Shown piece after piece: positions 26,074 through 38,481 of a DNA stretch of 64,000 nucleotides. Numbering within the stretch: the first letter of the stretch is position 1; each line of letters opens with the position of its first letter. Origin of the DNA: Entomortierella parvispora E1425 (lineage: Eukaryota > Fungi > Mortierellomycota); NCBI GenBank assembly GCA_020891255.1, contig BQFW01000012.1:2294001-2358000 (forward strand), read 5' to 3'. Under the pieces are notes generated by a model. The model was not told the DNA's origin. It saw only the letters and a list, made by a program, of their open reading frames with translations, and searched no databases. The position numbers and the translations under genes were made by a program.

Positions 26074-28194
26074 CTACCACATGAACCGCTGTACACCCGC
26101 TTGGTGAGTCCACTTGAATGGCCGGTACAAAAACATGTATACCGTAAATGCGTTAATGGCGACATATGTCAGCAGCTCTAAAAGCAACCAAACTCCACGA
26201 GGTTGGCGCATTGAAATGCGGTATATCAGATACGGCGCGATAAAGTATCGGAATTCAAGTAATGGGGATGGGATCAAGGTTAACGCTGTCGCCACTCCGT
26301 AGATGAGGACCCAGAGAATTGTTTGTTCAGTGGCTACAGGAATGTATAACAAAAAGTTATAATGAATGTTAGAAAGAGGCCAGTGCCCTGTCATGACATA
26401 CCCGGGATCTTTACCTAGTGCTTGCCAGCAGCACCAACCGCAAATGAGATACACCGGCGCCAAAAGATAGGGACCTGCAGCGTGGAAACGGGTCACGAGT
26501 CTCCAGATATAGAACGTATAGTGCCTGTTGTCTGCCAGCAGGAACGGGTGCACATATCTAAAGACATACACCAGGAGTATCAAGCTGAGTTTCCTGTACA
26601 GTCAGCCTTCATTGGTAGCGAGGGGGAAGTATAAAAGAGCCCTTACGTGAACTTGTCGATGCAAAAGAGCACAACTGCCAAGAGGACGCCAATAACCGTC
26701 AAGGATCTAATAGACAGTTCATCAGAGTCAATTACCGCAACATGAACAGGGCTGCGGACCAAATTGTTTGCCTCCTCAACTTTGTGTGGAGTCAATCAGT
26801 TACCTGGCATTGGGCCATTTGAGAAGTCGGGCGATCGGGACAGCCCCGAGGATTGCAAAGATGGACATCCCTGCAGAAAAAACTGCAAAATAAAAGAGTT
26901 GTACAACGTGCATGACTGGAACATGATTGGAGCGGTCGCCTAAATACAATCGAGACGACTCATCAGTTAGCTAAGATCAGCGCAATGGTGCCCGACAATT
27001 GAACGATGCGAAACCCTGCTGTTACCAAGAACGATGCCCCCATTCCATCTCACAAAAGCGACAAATCCACCCAGCAAGCCAAGATAGGGGATCGCCACAA
27101 CTAAGACTGTAGGGAGCTTTGACAAGAGCATCTGAACAAATCCCAGGATTGATTTGACAATTTGAAACGGCGAGTGCAAGAACGCAGCCTTTGGATCAAA
27201 ACGGCGCCTCTCCGTTGTGCTGGAAAGCTCCAAGAGTGTCGTTCCGAGGATAAAGAGCGACCAGATGATGTTGGTCTGTCTAAATGTTACCGCAATAGCT
27301 GAGGTCTATTTGTCGTCGTGCGATGAGAGTTAGTCTTCTGTAGCATGGCAACGCCACTCCTCATTCTTTGATCTATTACGAGCGATGTCCTTACAACTGC
27401 AGAAAGGAAATGATGGCGCTGTTTAGCTGCCAGCCAGGAGAGGAGCACAAACGCGGCACTTCCTCCGTCGGTGTAGTATAAAAAGTTGAAGAACCACAGG
27501 AGAGGAAAGGAAATGATGACCGCGGCGGATCGAAAACGTTGCCTGCGTGTTTGTTGAGGGTGCAACTCCTTGAGCAAGTTGTCGATGGCGTACAATGTCA
27601 TAAATGGGTAAACCATGTTGGTGAGACGGAGCAGCGGCGCCGAGCAAAGCGGACGGAGGACCGCCAACAAGATGTTGCTGATGACATACCTACAATGAGA
27701 GATCAGGAAAAGGAGAAACCATTAGTCGATCCGAGTGTCGATCCTCATTCACCTGGCGCTCATTGTTGGATAGATGAATATGCATTACAGTCCAGGAGGT
27801 GTTGTCAATTTGGGGTCCCAAGTCCAGTAGTCACCCTGGCAATAGCGTTGAGCCTGCGGGATGTGGAAGATCTCATCCTATTAAAATGGCGATCAAATCG
27901 GATAGAGCAGGCAACATCGAGTCAGAAGCACGTCTTTTGGGGGGCAACCCGAGGCGTTTGTCAACATCTTGATCACCGCAAGAACCTTTGCGAGAGAAGA
28001 TATGACGCATGTCTAACGAGGGTCCATAGAGTAGTCGTTTGACGATGCATTGGCAACAACTCAAGATGAACGTTGCTTGAAGATGCCTTTACCATGTACG
28101 GCTCCGACACGGTCTTGTTCCAGATGCTGGCGACGAACAGCATCACGACCAGGTGCATCCCCACCAGGGCCGCAGGCGAGATGGAGGCTGACAT
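26074..28194 (-). CDS. ALG10: Dol-P-Glc alpha-1,2-glucosyltransferase ALG10/DIE2, multi-exon
   Basis: N-terminal VSEPYM|[30 protein letters not shown]|Y, then [50 protein letters not shown] and terminal QRFMW, all characteristic of ALG10. Confidence 0.95.
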
Positions 28195-29048
28195 GGGGTC
28201 GAGATAGAAATGAGAAAAGATGCAGTCGAGCGTCAAAAAGATGAAGCGAGTCGAAGGGAATGGCATTGGCATGAACGCAACGCGTCGAGCGAGGGGTGGT
28301 TGCACGTGACAATGCAGATCTTTGACTTCAGCTCCCTTCTGTTGTCCTTCTGTCCTTCTTCGACACCCTCTTCTCTCCTTCCCTCTCCTCCTTTTGACGG
28401 ATTTTACTTCATAATTATCGTAAGTAGCAACAGCTGTGCCAAAGAAGCAGTGACGACCTGTGCAACTCTGTTCCGTCAACGGACCAGGGCACCTGGGCTT
28501 CCTGACGTCAGGGAAGACTGTCCCTTCGAAGAAAACACCCTTGCTCCAGCGCCAGCGAGGATGTTGGGGATCGCAGATCGACAGAGTGCACTGCAAGGGG
28601 AGAACCGGCCGAGGGTGCAATCCGGGGTGGGCGGGTGTATTCCCTCTTGGGCGGTTTTATGAGTCAGACAGGGCAGGCCAAAGACAGACAGGGAGCGCCC
28701 ATTTCGGAAGAGAACTCTCCAGAGCGGCGTCAGAACAATGCTTCCGGGCATCCATTCCTGGTGGATGCATACAAGGTGGGGGGATTCAGGAGCGCCCACC
28801 ATGACAGAAATAGTGCCGCCAACTGTTGATTGTTGGGGTTGCATGCGAGGACAAGGCATGAAGCCAGTTGGACATGAGGGAATTCGCGGAGGACTGGACT
28901 CGATCCCAGCCTAAATGCTAAATCTCCACTTTTTCCCTTTTTGTTGCTCTTCATTCTGACTCTTCTCTTCTCTCTTCTTCTTCACTACCTCCTCCTTCAC
29001 TCCTCCTTCACTCCTCCCTCCCTTCTTCATCACTCCATATAGACCAAC

Positions 29049-30928
<1,880 letters not shown>

Positions 30929-31084
30929 TTGCTTTCCTTCAATTGATCCCTTACCAAACCAACACTCTTTGAAAATAAAAATACTATATTACATTTGTCC
31001 TCTGACAGGAAATTGTCAAAGAAACAAACAAAATCGAAGATACATGCTTGATGCAATAGGAGCTATTGGAAGCTGTCATTTGGA

Positions 31085-31542
31085 CTAATGCTGGGGGTGT
31101 GCTGGTTGGGATTGGAGCTGCAGCGTAGTGGAGTCATTTTCCTCCTCCTTCTTGATCTTGACCACGTCCATTGCCACAGCCTGACCACCTCCAGAGGCAG
31201 CAGCAGCAACAGAAGGCCGTGATGCCACCGTACTTTTGTCGCCCGGCTCTTCTTTCTTTACACGAACACCTCGACTGGCTGCTTTAGCCTTCGCTGCTTC
31301 TTCGTCATCCTTTTCCTGTCTTGCCTTGACCTCTGCATGAACCTGCCTGCTCAACTCGACCGTCCTTCGGAACATCAACACATGGGGTTCTGGGGCATGA
31401 TATGTCCAATTATCCCATCCACGCGACATTTGAACCCCTAAAGAGTGCATTGTTTTCAAATAATAAAAAAGGTTAGTGAAAAACATCCTTTAACGTCTTT
31501 GACCCTGATACAACATGCGGAAACCCCTCCTCCGCTCTTGGG

Positions 31543-31575
<33 letters not shown>

Positions 31576-33308
31576 TTACCAAGTCCTCGCCATTCTTCCT
31601 CTGACAGTGGCCGAAGAGAAAAATCTATGCGACTGTCGGGATGGCTCCTCAAGCTGGACGAAATGTGGTACAGCATGGCCTTTGGTAATGTCACATTTCG
31701 GTAATCATACACCTTGTCCGAATAGACATTTCCATACTCAATCCGATCTGACCAGATCTTGAACTGCCGATGTAATTTCTGCCTGTCCGATAATCCTCGC
31801 CATTCCGCACCAGCTTCCGGGTCTTCAACCAACTTGACGTAGATATTGGCAGGAAACACAATCTCCTCCTCTTTCTTTTTGACCTGATGGTGATGCTGCT
31901 GATGTTCTGGATTCGTTCGAGCTCGTTTTCGTTTGGCGGGGTCTACCTGTGCAACCTGTTGCAGTTGGGGTTCCTGCTTCACTTGATGATTATGTTGACG
32001 ATGCTGTTGTGGCTGGTGATGAGGTTGATGTTGATCTCTTGAAAACTGCTCCTGCTTCACCTGGATCCCCTGTTGCTGCTGCTGCTGCTGTTGCTGATGC
32101 AATAGTTGTCGTCGGCGGTATTCTTGACTTTGGAGTCTCTCGTGCAATTCCAAATGTTGTTGAGTTAAGGGCTGAGGTTGAACCTGGGCTGCAGACGCAG
32201 ATGTCATCGTCGCTGCCCTCTGACGAACAACACTCCCATCCTCTCCGGCAGCATTCTTGGCTGCCTTGGCTGCCCGGTAGGCGTCCTGTTGTCGTTGCTG
32301 ATGCTGGTATTCTTCTTCCCTAGATCGTTTACGCATCGCTGCAGCAGCATCCGACTGAACTCCTCGGACCATATTGGGCGCAGAGCTCTGGCGCATTAGC
32401 TGAGGATGAGCCGTCCCTGTCGAGCCGTCCCGTTCACCAAGAATCTGTTGCTGGGATGGTTGACGGGATCGTTCCAATAACTCTGTCCTGGCTGAGGGGC
32501 GCTGAGAAGCTTGCTGCTGCTGTAATTGCTGCTTCTGATGGATATATTTTTCACGTTGCAACAGCTCCATTCTGGCATCCGGTGCCGCTGCTACCATGCC
32601 TTCTGGAGCTGCTGCTGACGCCATATGAGTTCCATTGTTGATGGAGGCTCCCCTGGGTCGTGTCACTGGGGCTGGCGTAGGAGGTCGATGCCGACTAGCC
32701 CGAATTTTGTCCAAATCTGATCGATACTGTTGCTGTAGTTGATATCGGGGATCCTCAAACTTTGCCCGGGATTGTTCAAACCGAGAAGCCATCTCTGTAT
32801 CTTGATCAAGGCTGGCTGGATCAATATGAATCTCCACCGCAGACATGTCCCCAGGATGGTCCTGCTCTTCTTCCTGCATATATTCGTGTTCGTAAGCTAC
32901 TGGATGTCCCGAATGACCATGTCGGCTGTGGCTTTGAAGCTGGTCATGCTGCTGCTGTTGTTGATATTGACGTTGCTGCAACTGTTGTTGGTATTGTTGC
33001 GAGTTCCGAGACTGTTGTTGAGATGCGCGTCCTTGGCGTTGAATAGGCAGCTCTTCAAAGTCAGGCATGATCGGACTCTCGGTGTCGTTCTCATCCTCCA
33101 GCAGTTGCTGTTGCAAACTATGAGAGGAGTGTTGTTGTGCCTGAACAAGACCGCCAGCGGCCTTGTCAAAGAAGGGCCTCTGAGCTTGACGAGACCTTTG
33201 TCGCTGAAGAGACGTTATAGCCTGCACCTGCTGCATTTGATGATGGGGAGGCATGTTTTCGTCTGGATCATCAAGCATGGGATGGTCGCGTTGGACTGCC
33301 CGAGTCAT
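31085..33308 (-). CDS. ~693-aa Gln/His-rich protein with an embedded Cks1/Suc1 (CDK regulatory subunit) domain near the C-terminus; exons 33308-31580 and 31437-31085
   Basis: The spliced sequence IEYGNVYSDKVYDYRNVTLPKAML...LSEEEWRGLG|VQMSRGWDNWTYHAPEPHVLMFRR matches the Cks signature. The ORF is continuous upstream for over 1.5 kb. The GT-AG intron at 31579-31438 restores WRGLGV. Confidence 0.85.
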
Positions 33309-33652
33309 GGTGAGATGCACGATGCTTCTTTTCAGTGCTTCTGGTTTTTCAGTGGGGTATTCTCTCTTCTCCAGGAGCTGGCACTTGACTTCTCGGGTAT
33401 GATGGGGATGGGGGGTGGGATTGAGAAGAGGAGAGCCAGGATGTGATGGGTCGGGAAATGAAGAATGAAAGGAGGACAGCATGTACGAAACAGGAGTCCT
33501 GCCCTGTTTGTTTATTTTTGGCCGAGCGCGATATCAAAGACGCGACAGAACTCAGAGGGACAGAGTGACGGGCGTGATTTGTGCATTGTTATCATGAGGT
33601 GGATCCTTTCTTCTTCTCTTCCGTTTACTCCATTCGCTCCGATCCCTGTAGC

Positions 33653-35749
33653 CTATGTAAACAGCTTGCACCCAGGGAGATGCAACTGCACTCTCTGTTT
33701 GATGGCCTCCACCTCTTGTCGGTTCATATCCGTCTTGGAAAGGTTCAAAATCTTGAGTGATGGGCATTCTTGCAACCGTTCCAGCAGGCTGATCCGCTCC
33801 CCACCATCTCCGACGAGAAGCGGCAGGGGCACATTGGTACCCGCAAACGATAGCTCCTTCAGATCCGTTACACTGATTGCCGCCAATGTCGCCTCCCATC
33901 CCGCTTCCGTCTCGATCTTGAACGAGGAGAGGATCAGGATCTCCACATGGGGACTAAGGTATAAGAGTCGAAGCAGAGACGAGATTGTACCAGGATTGAG
34001 CTCACTGCCCGTTCCTTCGATCTCCAGTGCCCGGATCGGATAGGTCTGTACTGGTGATGGTGGCAATATAGAATTCTGGAGATTGCTGGTCTGCGCGGCA
34101 TCTTGTTGTTGTTGTTGTTGTTGTTGTTTTCGCAGCTGCTGCAAGAGAATATTCTCAGTGTTTACTTGTGAAAAATCACTGACCAAGTTCATGTTTATCA
34201 TTCCAGAGTTCAAACTATTGACAGTGTTGGGATCGTGAGGCAAGATCTGTTGTTGGAGTAACTGCTGATACTTTGACGTTGGGTCCGGTAGCTCAATAGT
34301 CTTGTCCAGAAGCGGGATCCATTTGTTCATGTTGTGGAATTGGACCCGGATCGCACTCGTTCGGTCCAAAAGCGCGCCCAAAAACAAGAACCAGTCCAGT
34401 CGATCGTTTGCAATCGCAAACATGAGTTCTGTTGGGGGTTGCATCTTTACCGGTGTTGCTGCTGGAATTGTTGAAGAGAGTCCGCCCCCCATGGTCAACA
34501 TCCCCGGCACTTGCAAAAGTCTCGAAACTTGAGAAGAAGCTATTTGACCTCCTCCACCTTGCTGTCCTTGAAGTTGGTTCTGTTGCTGCATCCGATAAAA
34601 TGCTTCCGGCTCTACTGGCTGAGGTTGTCTCCGAAGAACAGTCAACAGAGACTTTTGGCCGACCTCGGTCAAGGCCGAGTTGGTGATCAAGGCAAAGCCA
34701 ATCCTCATTTCGACCAACTTGAGTCGATGCCTCTCCCGGGTCGTCCTCTCCAAGGCCACCACATGCTCATCCCCAAACGAATCATCAATCAAGATTATCT
34801 CCAGATCCTGTCCAAAGCGCTCAATCACCGTCAACACTGGGTCACTCCCAGGCCGGATCCAGTCATCTCGGTGTGGCATCTTTGCAAAAGCCGATGTGGG
34901 TTCCCGTCGATCAAAGACGGCCGTGAACAGAGGCGAAGATATATCCAGATAGCGAAATACAGAAGAATGTGCAGGTGAATTCGCAACCAAGTCTCGTACT
35001 GTGTAAACCGTCGAACAGAAATCTTGGTCCGTGCAGGAAAGAGTGAGCGCCGTCATGTTGGGCGAGAAAGTGAGGAGGGCCTTCATCCTTTCTGCATGGG
35101 ACACAGGGTCAAAGTTGCCGTCAATGTGAACTTCACGCAAATGGGTATGTAACACGGCTGCTGCTGCTGCTGTTTCGGCTGCATTTCCGTCATTGATGCT
35201 GCTTCCCAACATCATGGCTGCCCAGCCTTTCTTCTTCACTTTGTATGGACTGACCATAGTTACGATAGACGATTCTGCAGGTGGTTCAAAGCTGGCGGTA
35301 GTCGATCTGGAGAAGAACCCGTCCACGCCTACAAAGTCAATCAAGATCAAATGACGATGTTGCATCATGATCTGAACCAAGGGATTGGCGCGCTTGCCCC
35401 GGTTCACCAAATCTGACGTTGGTCCATGTTGGTTCTTGCAATCCAAGCGCAGCTTCTTTATATGGGGTACTCGAAGGATAGCGTCGCGCAAGTTCTTGAG
35501 ATCGTTGTAGGTTGTACTCCAATCCAGTGTGATGTCCAGTTCTCTGAAATAACTGTGATCCGAGAGTACAAGGTCGTCATAAAAGGCCTTGGCCTCGGCA
35601 GCAGATTGGAGAACGGACGTGAGGACCCCTCCTGGGCAGCTTGAGGGGTCGATCGAGCTCCGGCGAGAACGAGAAGAAGTTGAGTGAATAGAAAACGAGG
35701 AGGATGAAGAACGGAGGTGAGGGTATTCATGTTCTTCGTGGAACGGCAT
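33653..35749 (-). CDS. Intronless ~698-aa LRR/RNI-like protein
   Basis: First in-frame ATG is at 35749 (MPFHEE). Repeated LxxLxL-type units include FRELDITLDW, IKKLRLD, LREVHID, MTALTLS, FRYLDIS, IRALEIE, VEILILS, LKELSFAGT and LKILNLSKTDM, interrupted by poly-Q inserts. Confidence 0.75.
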   Translation of the reverse strand: MPFHEEHEYPHLRSSSSSFSIHSTSSRSRRSSIDPSSCPGGVLTSVLQSAAEAKAFYDDLVLSDHSYFRELDITLDWSTTYNDLKNLRDAILRVPHIKKLRLDCKNQHGPTSDLVNRGKRANPLVQIMMQHRHLILIDFVGVDGFFSRSTTASFEPPAESSIVTMVSPYKVKKKGWAAMMLGSSINDGNAAETAAAAAVLHTHLREVHIDGNFDPVSHAERMKALLTFSPNMTALTLSCTDQDFCSTVYTVRDLVANSPAHSSVFRYLDISSPLFTAVFDRREPTSAFAKMPHRDDWIRPGSDPVLTVIERFGQDLEIILIDDSFGDEHVVALERTTRERHRLKLVEMRIGFALITNSALTEVGQKSLLTVLRRQPQPVEPEAFYRMQQQNQLQGQQGGGGQIASSQVSRLLQVPGMLTMGGGLSSTIPAATPVKMQPPTELMFAIANDRLDWFLFLGALLDRTSAIRVQFHNMNKWIPLLDKTIELPDPTSKYQQLLQQQILPHDPNTVNSLNSGMINMNLVSDFSQVNTENILLQQLRKQQQQQQQQDAAQTSNLQNSILPPSPVQTYPIRALEIEGTGSELNPGTISSLLRLLYLSPHVEILILSSFKIETEAGWEATLAAISVTDLKELSFAGTNVPLPLLVGDGGERISLLERLQECPSLKILNLSKTDMNRQEVEAIKQRVQLHLPGCKLFT

Positions 35750-36365
35750 TGTATCTATGGATGATCCTCTATGAGGATGTGCTGTCGGAGGACGTGGATG
35801 ATAAAGGTAAGGGGTACAGATGGACGATGCGAAAGAGGCAAAAAGACAAAAAATATTTTTTTTTAAAAAAAAAAAAAAGTGGCGCGCTCGTAGGTGCCGT
35901 GTCTCTGACCCTGCGGCGCGATCCAATTGGCGCGGTCTAGAAACTTCCTTCTTTCTCACTTTAATACATCTGAATTAACACTGCTTTCCTCAAGGATGCC
36001 TTGGGGCACAGCCATACAATAGTGGCACAGGACTATAGCAACAACGTTTTGACCCAAACTTCTCTTTCGACCAGCAAGTTCAGCGGCTGGTACTGTACTC
36101 ACTTGGAGCACGTGACCTATTGCTGGCTGGCTGGCACTGGCAGCTGGCAGCGCTTGGTTGTTGTTCAAGCACGGTGTAAAGCATCAGTTGAGGCATCAAT
36201 TGAGGATTGTACGTATCGCTTTGTGAAAGTGGGGAATTCTATTATCATACAAGTTCAAGTCCTCTGACTTTTCACTATCCAACTGCTAATGTCCTGTGCT
36301 TGACGGGGGAAGAAGGAAGAAACGCCCATGCAACTCAGGCATCCGAAAGAGTTCCAGTCTTTTTT

Positions 36366-37408
36366 TTAGGCGACAATATCCTTGTTTGCCAACCAATCTG
36401 CTTGAACATTCTCAAGATGGTTGTCAAAATCCGACAGCTTGTCGAACAGACCCTCCCGAATTGACTTTACGACCAAACTGGGGCTCGATCCATTCTCCAA
36501 AGCAAACGCTGGTGAAGAGAAAGCAGACTTGTTGGCGCGCCATTGACCTTCCTTGTATTGGTAGGGCTAAGGTGTATTGATGAGATCGGGTTAGACGGTG
36601 CTATGGGCGACCTCCTTCTTCATAACGCAAGACAATTCATGGCAATCAAAGATGTTACAATGTAGGCAATCTCCTCCGAAGAAATGTTCTCGTTCTTGAC
36701 CTATGTTTCCGTGACGGTAGTTTTCTCAACGGTTAATGATCCATTGAAGTCAAAGAGTTCGATTTGTTGTAGGAAGAGTCGCGGCAATCAACTGAAGTTT
36801 TAAAGCCCCAATTGATGGTCCCGCGATGATCAATTGATCCAGCTTTCTACTCACCACAAGGGCAAACGCTTCAGGCTCGACCTTGAGGATCTGATCGGCA
36901 ATCTTTTGACCAACGAGCGACAAAGCCTCGTTGTCCACCCGCTCGTTCGCCTCATAGTATCCAATTATCCTGAGACCGTTGGCCTTGCTGTACAAGTCAA
37001 CCTAAGAGAGAAACGTTGGTTCCCTTGTCAGAATAACATTACAAAACAAAAAAAAAAAAAGCACACCTCACTGATGGTCGACGCGATGTTGTGCAAAAGG
37101 TCCGCGGACGAAAGATGATGACGAAATGGGGTCCTCCAGCGTGGCAAATCTCACAGTCAGCATGGCTTCCTGAACATGGATGGCAGATGACGCTGTGAAA
37201 GATGGCATTGCTCCAGTCTCGTGAGGTATACCTGGGTCATAGCCACCTCGAGCATGGGGGTGAGCGAGTTCCAGAAATGGAAGAATGGGACAGCATCGAC
37301 GACCTTGTTGGAGCCCTGCTCGGCCAGAAGGACACCATTGACGGCGACGGTGGGGTATTTGGCTGCATGGAGCAGTGGCTTGAGGTAGGCCTTGTGTGCG
37401 ATGGTCAT
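36366..37408 (-). CDS. EMC8: ER membrane protein complex subunit EMC8/9 (UPF0172, MPN-like); 4 exons
   Basis: Spliced protein MTIAHKAYLKPLLHAAKYPTVAVNGVLL...DAVPFFH...PMLEVAMTQ|VDLYS...IIGYYEANE...|...PYQYKEGQW...LSDFDNHLENVQADWLAN follows the EMC8/9 pattern. Introns are GT-AG. Confidence 0.9.
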
Positions 37409-37705
37409 GTCGATTGTCTGTCTGTCGGGGTTTTGTGTTTTCCTGAAAGAAGTTAATGAAGGAAGGATGAGGACGCCCTTTTTTCTTTCCTGCAAGAGCG
37501 TGCGAGGGGGTGAGGCCTGACCAAGGAGTAAAGTGGACCTGGTTGTTTCGACAACGAAAGGCCGATTGAAATCATCCGTTGCAATTGCGAGGGTGACTGA
37601 GGTTCGTCCAGGACCCCGACAGTGGCGGGGAGTCGGAGAGCGATCTTGATGACTAGTAAGGGCCGATTCTCGAGCGGGACGGTGGGGTGGTCATCTGACC
37701 CGAAG

Positions 37706-37713
37706 TATAAAAG
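37706..37713 (+). promoter_or_regulatory. Canonical TATA box (TATAAAAG) in the EMC8/DUF2985 divergent intergenic region
   Basis: Consensus match followed by a pyrimidine-rich stretch and a GTAAAT donor-like site at 37773. Confidence 0.5.
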
Positions 37714-37806
37714 GAGCGGCCCAGCTGGAACTAATTTTTTTCCTTACATTCATCAGTAGCAATTCTATATCTGTAAATGTCCTTCGGGACACATACATTT
37801 TTTCAT

Positions 37807-37864
37807 ATGATGATAATTGTTACTCGTATTAATTCAACTAATATGATTATACAAAGGCTTCTGA
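37807..37864 (+). ncRNA. Candidate box C/D snoRNA
   Basis: Box C ATGATGA (37807), C'-like ATGATTA (37843) and box D CTGA (37861), spanning 58 nt. The element AATTGTTACTCGT is nearly complementary to a conserved 18S rRNA segment as I recall it. Box D' is degenerate and there is no terminal stem. Confidence 0.5.
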
Positions 37865-38481
37865 CTTTTTGTCTACTGCTTGAATGGAAAACTCTTATCT
37901 TTTTATCCTCAATACAAAACAAACTCTTCTGGCACTTCTGCTGCCCCTGATCAATTGATCTCAATTCTTTTCACTTGATCGATCAACGGCATGAATTTTT
38001 TTTTTTGTCGTCTTTTTCTCTGGGTTCATTGGGAGGATAGGATTTAGCGGCAGCTGCCAGGTGGCCAAAGCGAAAAGATGGTGGAGAGGACCCATGGTTG
38101 TTGCTCCAAGAGCTGGCTCTGTCGCTCTGGCGTTAGGTAATCAATTGAACAGCTCTCCTGCCTTGCCTTGCCTTGCCTTGTCTGATGTCTCCTCAGAGGA
38201 TGAACCCCCAGGACGAGACAAGCTGAACCCTGTGGGATGATACAACACCCCCGGTGCTCCGGTGCTCGCACGGCGGCCCTCAGGTGATTCCCCCGGTCGC
38301 AGACTTTGTCTCGCCCTGCTTCCTTCGTCCCTTCCTTCCTCCCTTTCAACGTCCTTCGTTCGTCCGTTTCCATTGCAAAAGCACCAAACAGCCAAAGAGA
38401 TGAGCCTCACCTGTACGCCTTGGCACTCTTCTTCTTCTCCTCCCTTTTCTTCGTCTCGTTCGTCCTGTCTCTTCTTTCTAA

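Noticed and set aside
37778-37800. GTCC-TTCG-GGAC hairpin resembling the U6 snRNA 5' stem-loop
   Set aside because: No ACAGAGA box or U6 internal stem-loop follows, and a T-run comes immediately after.
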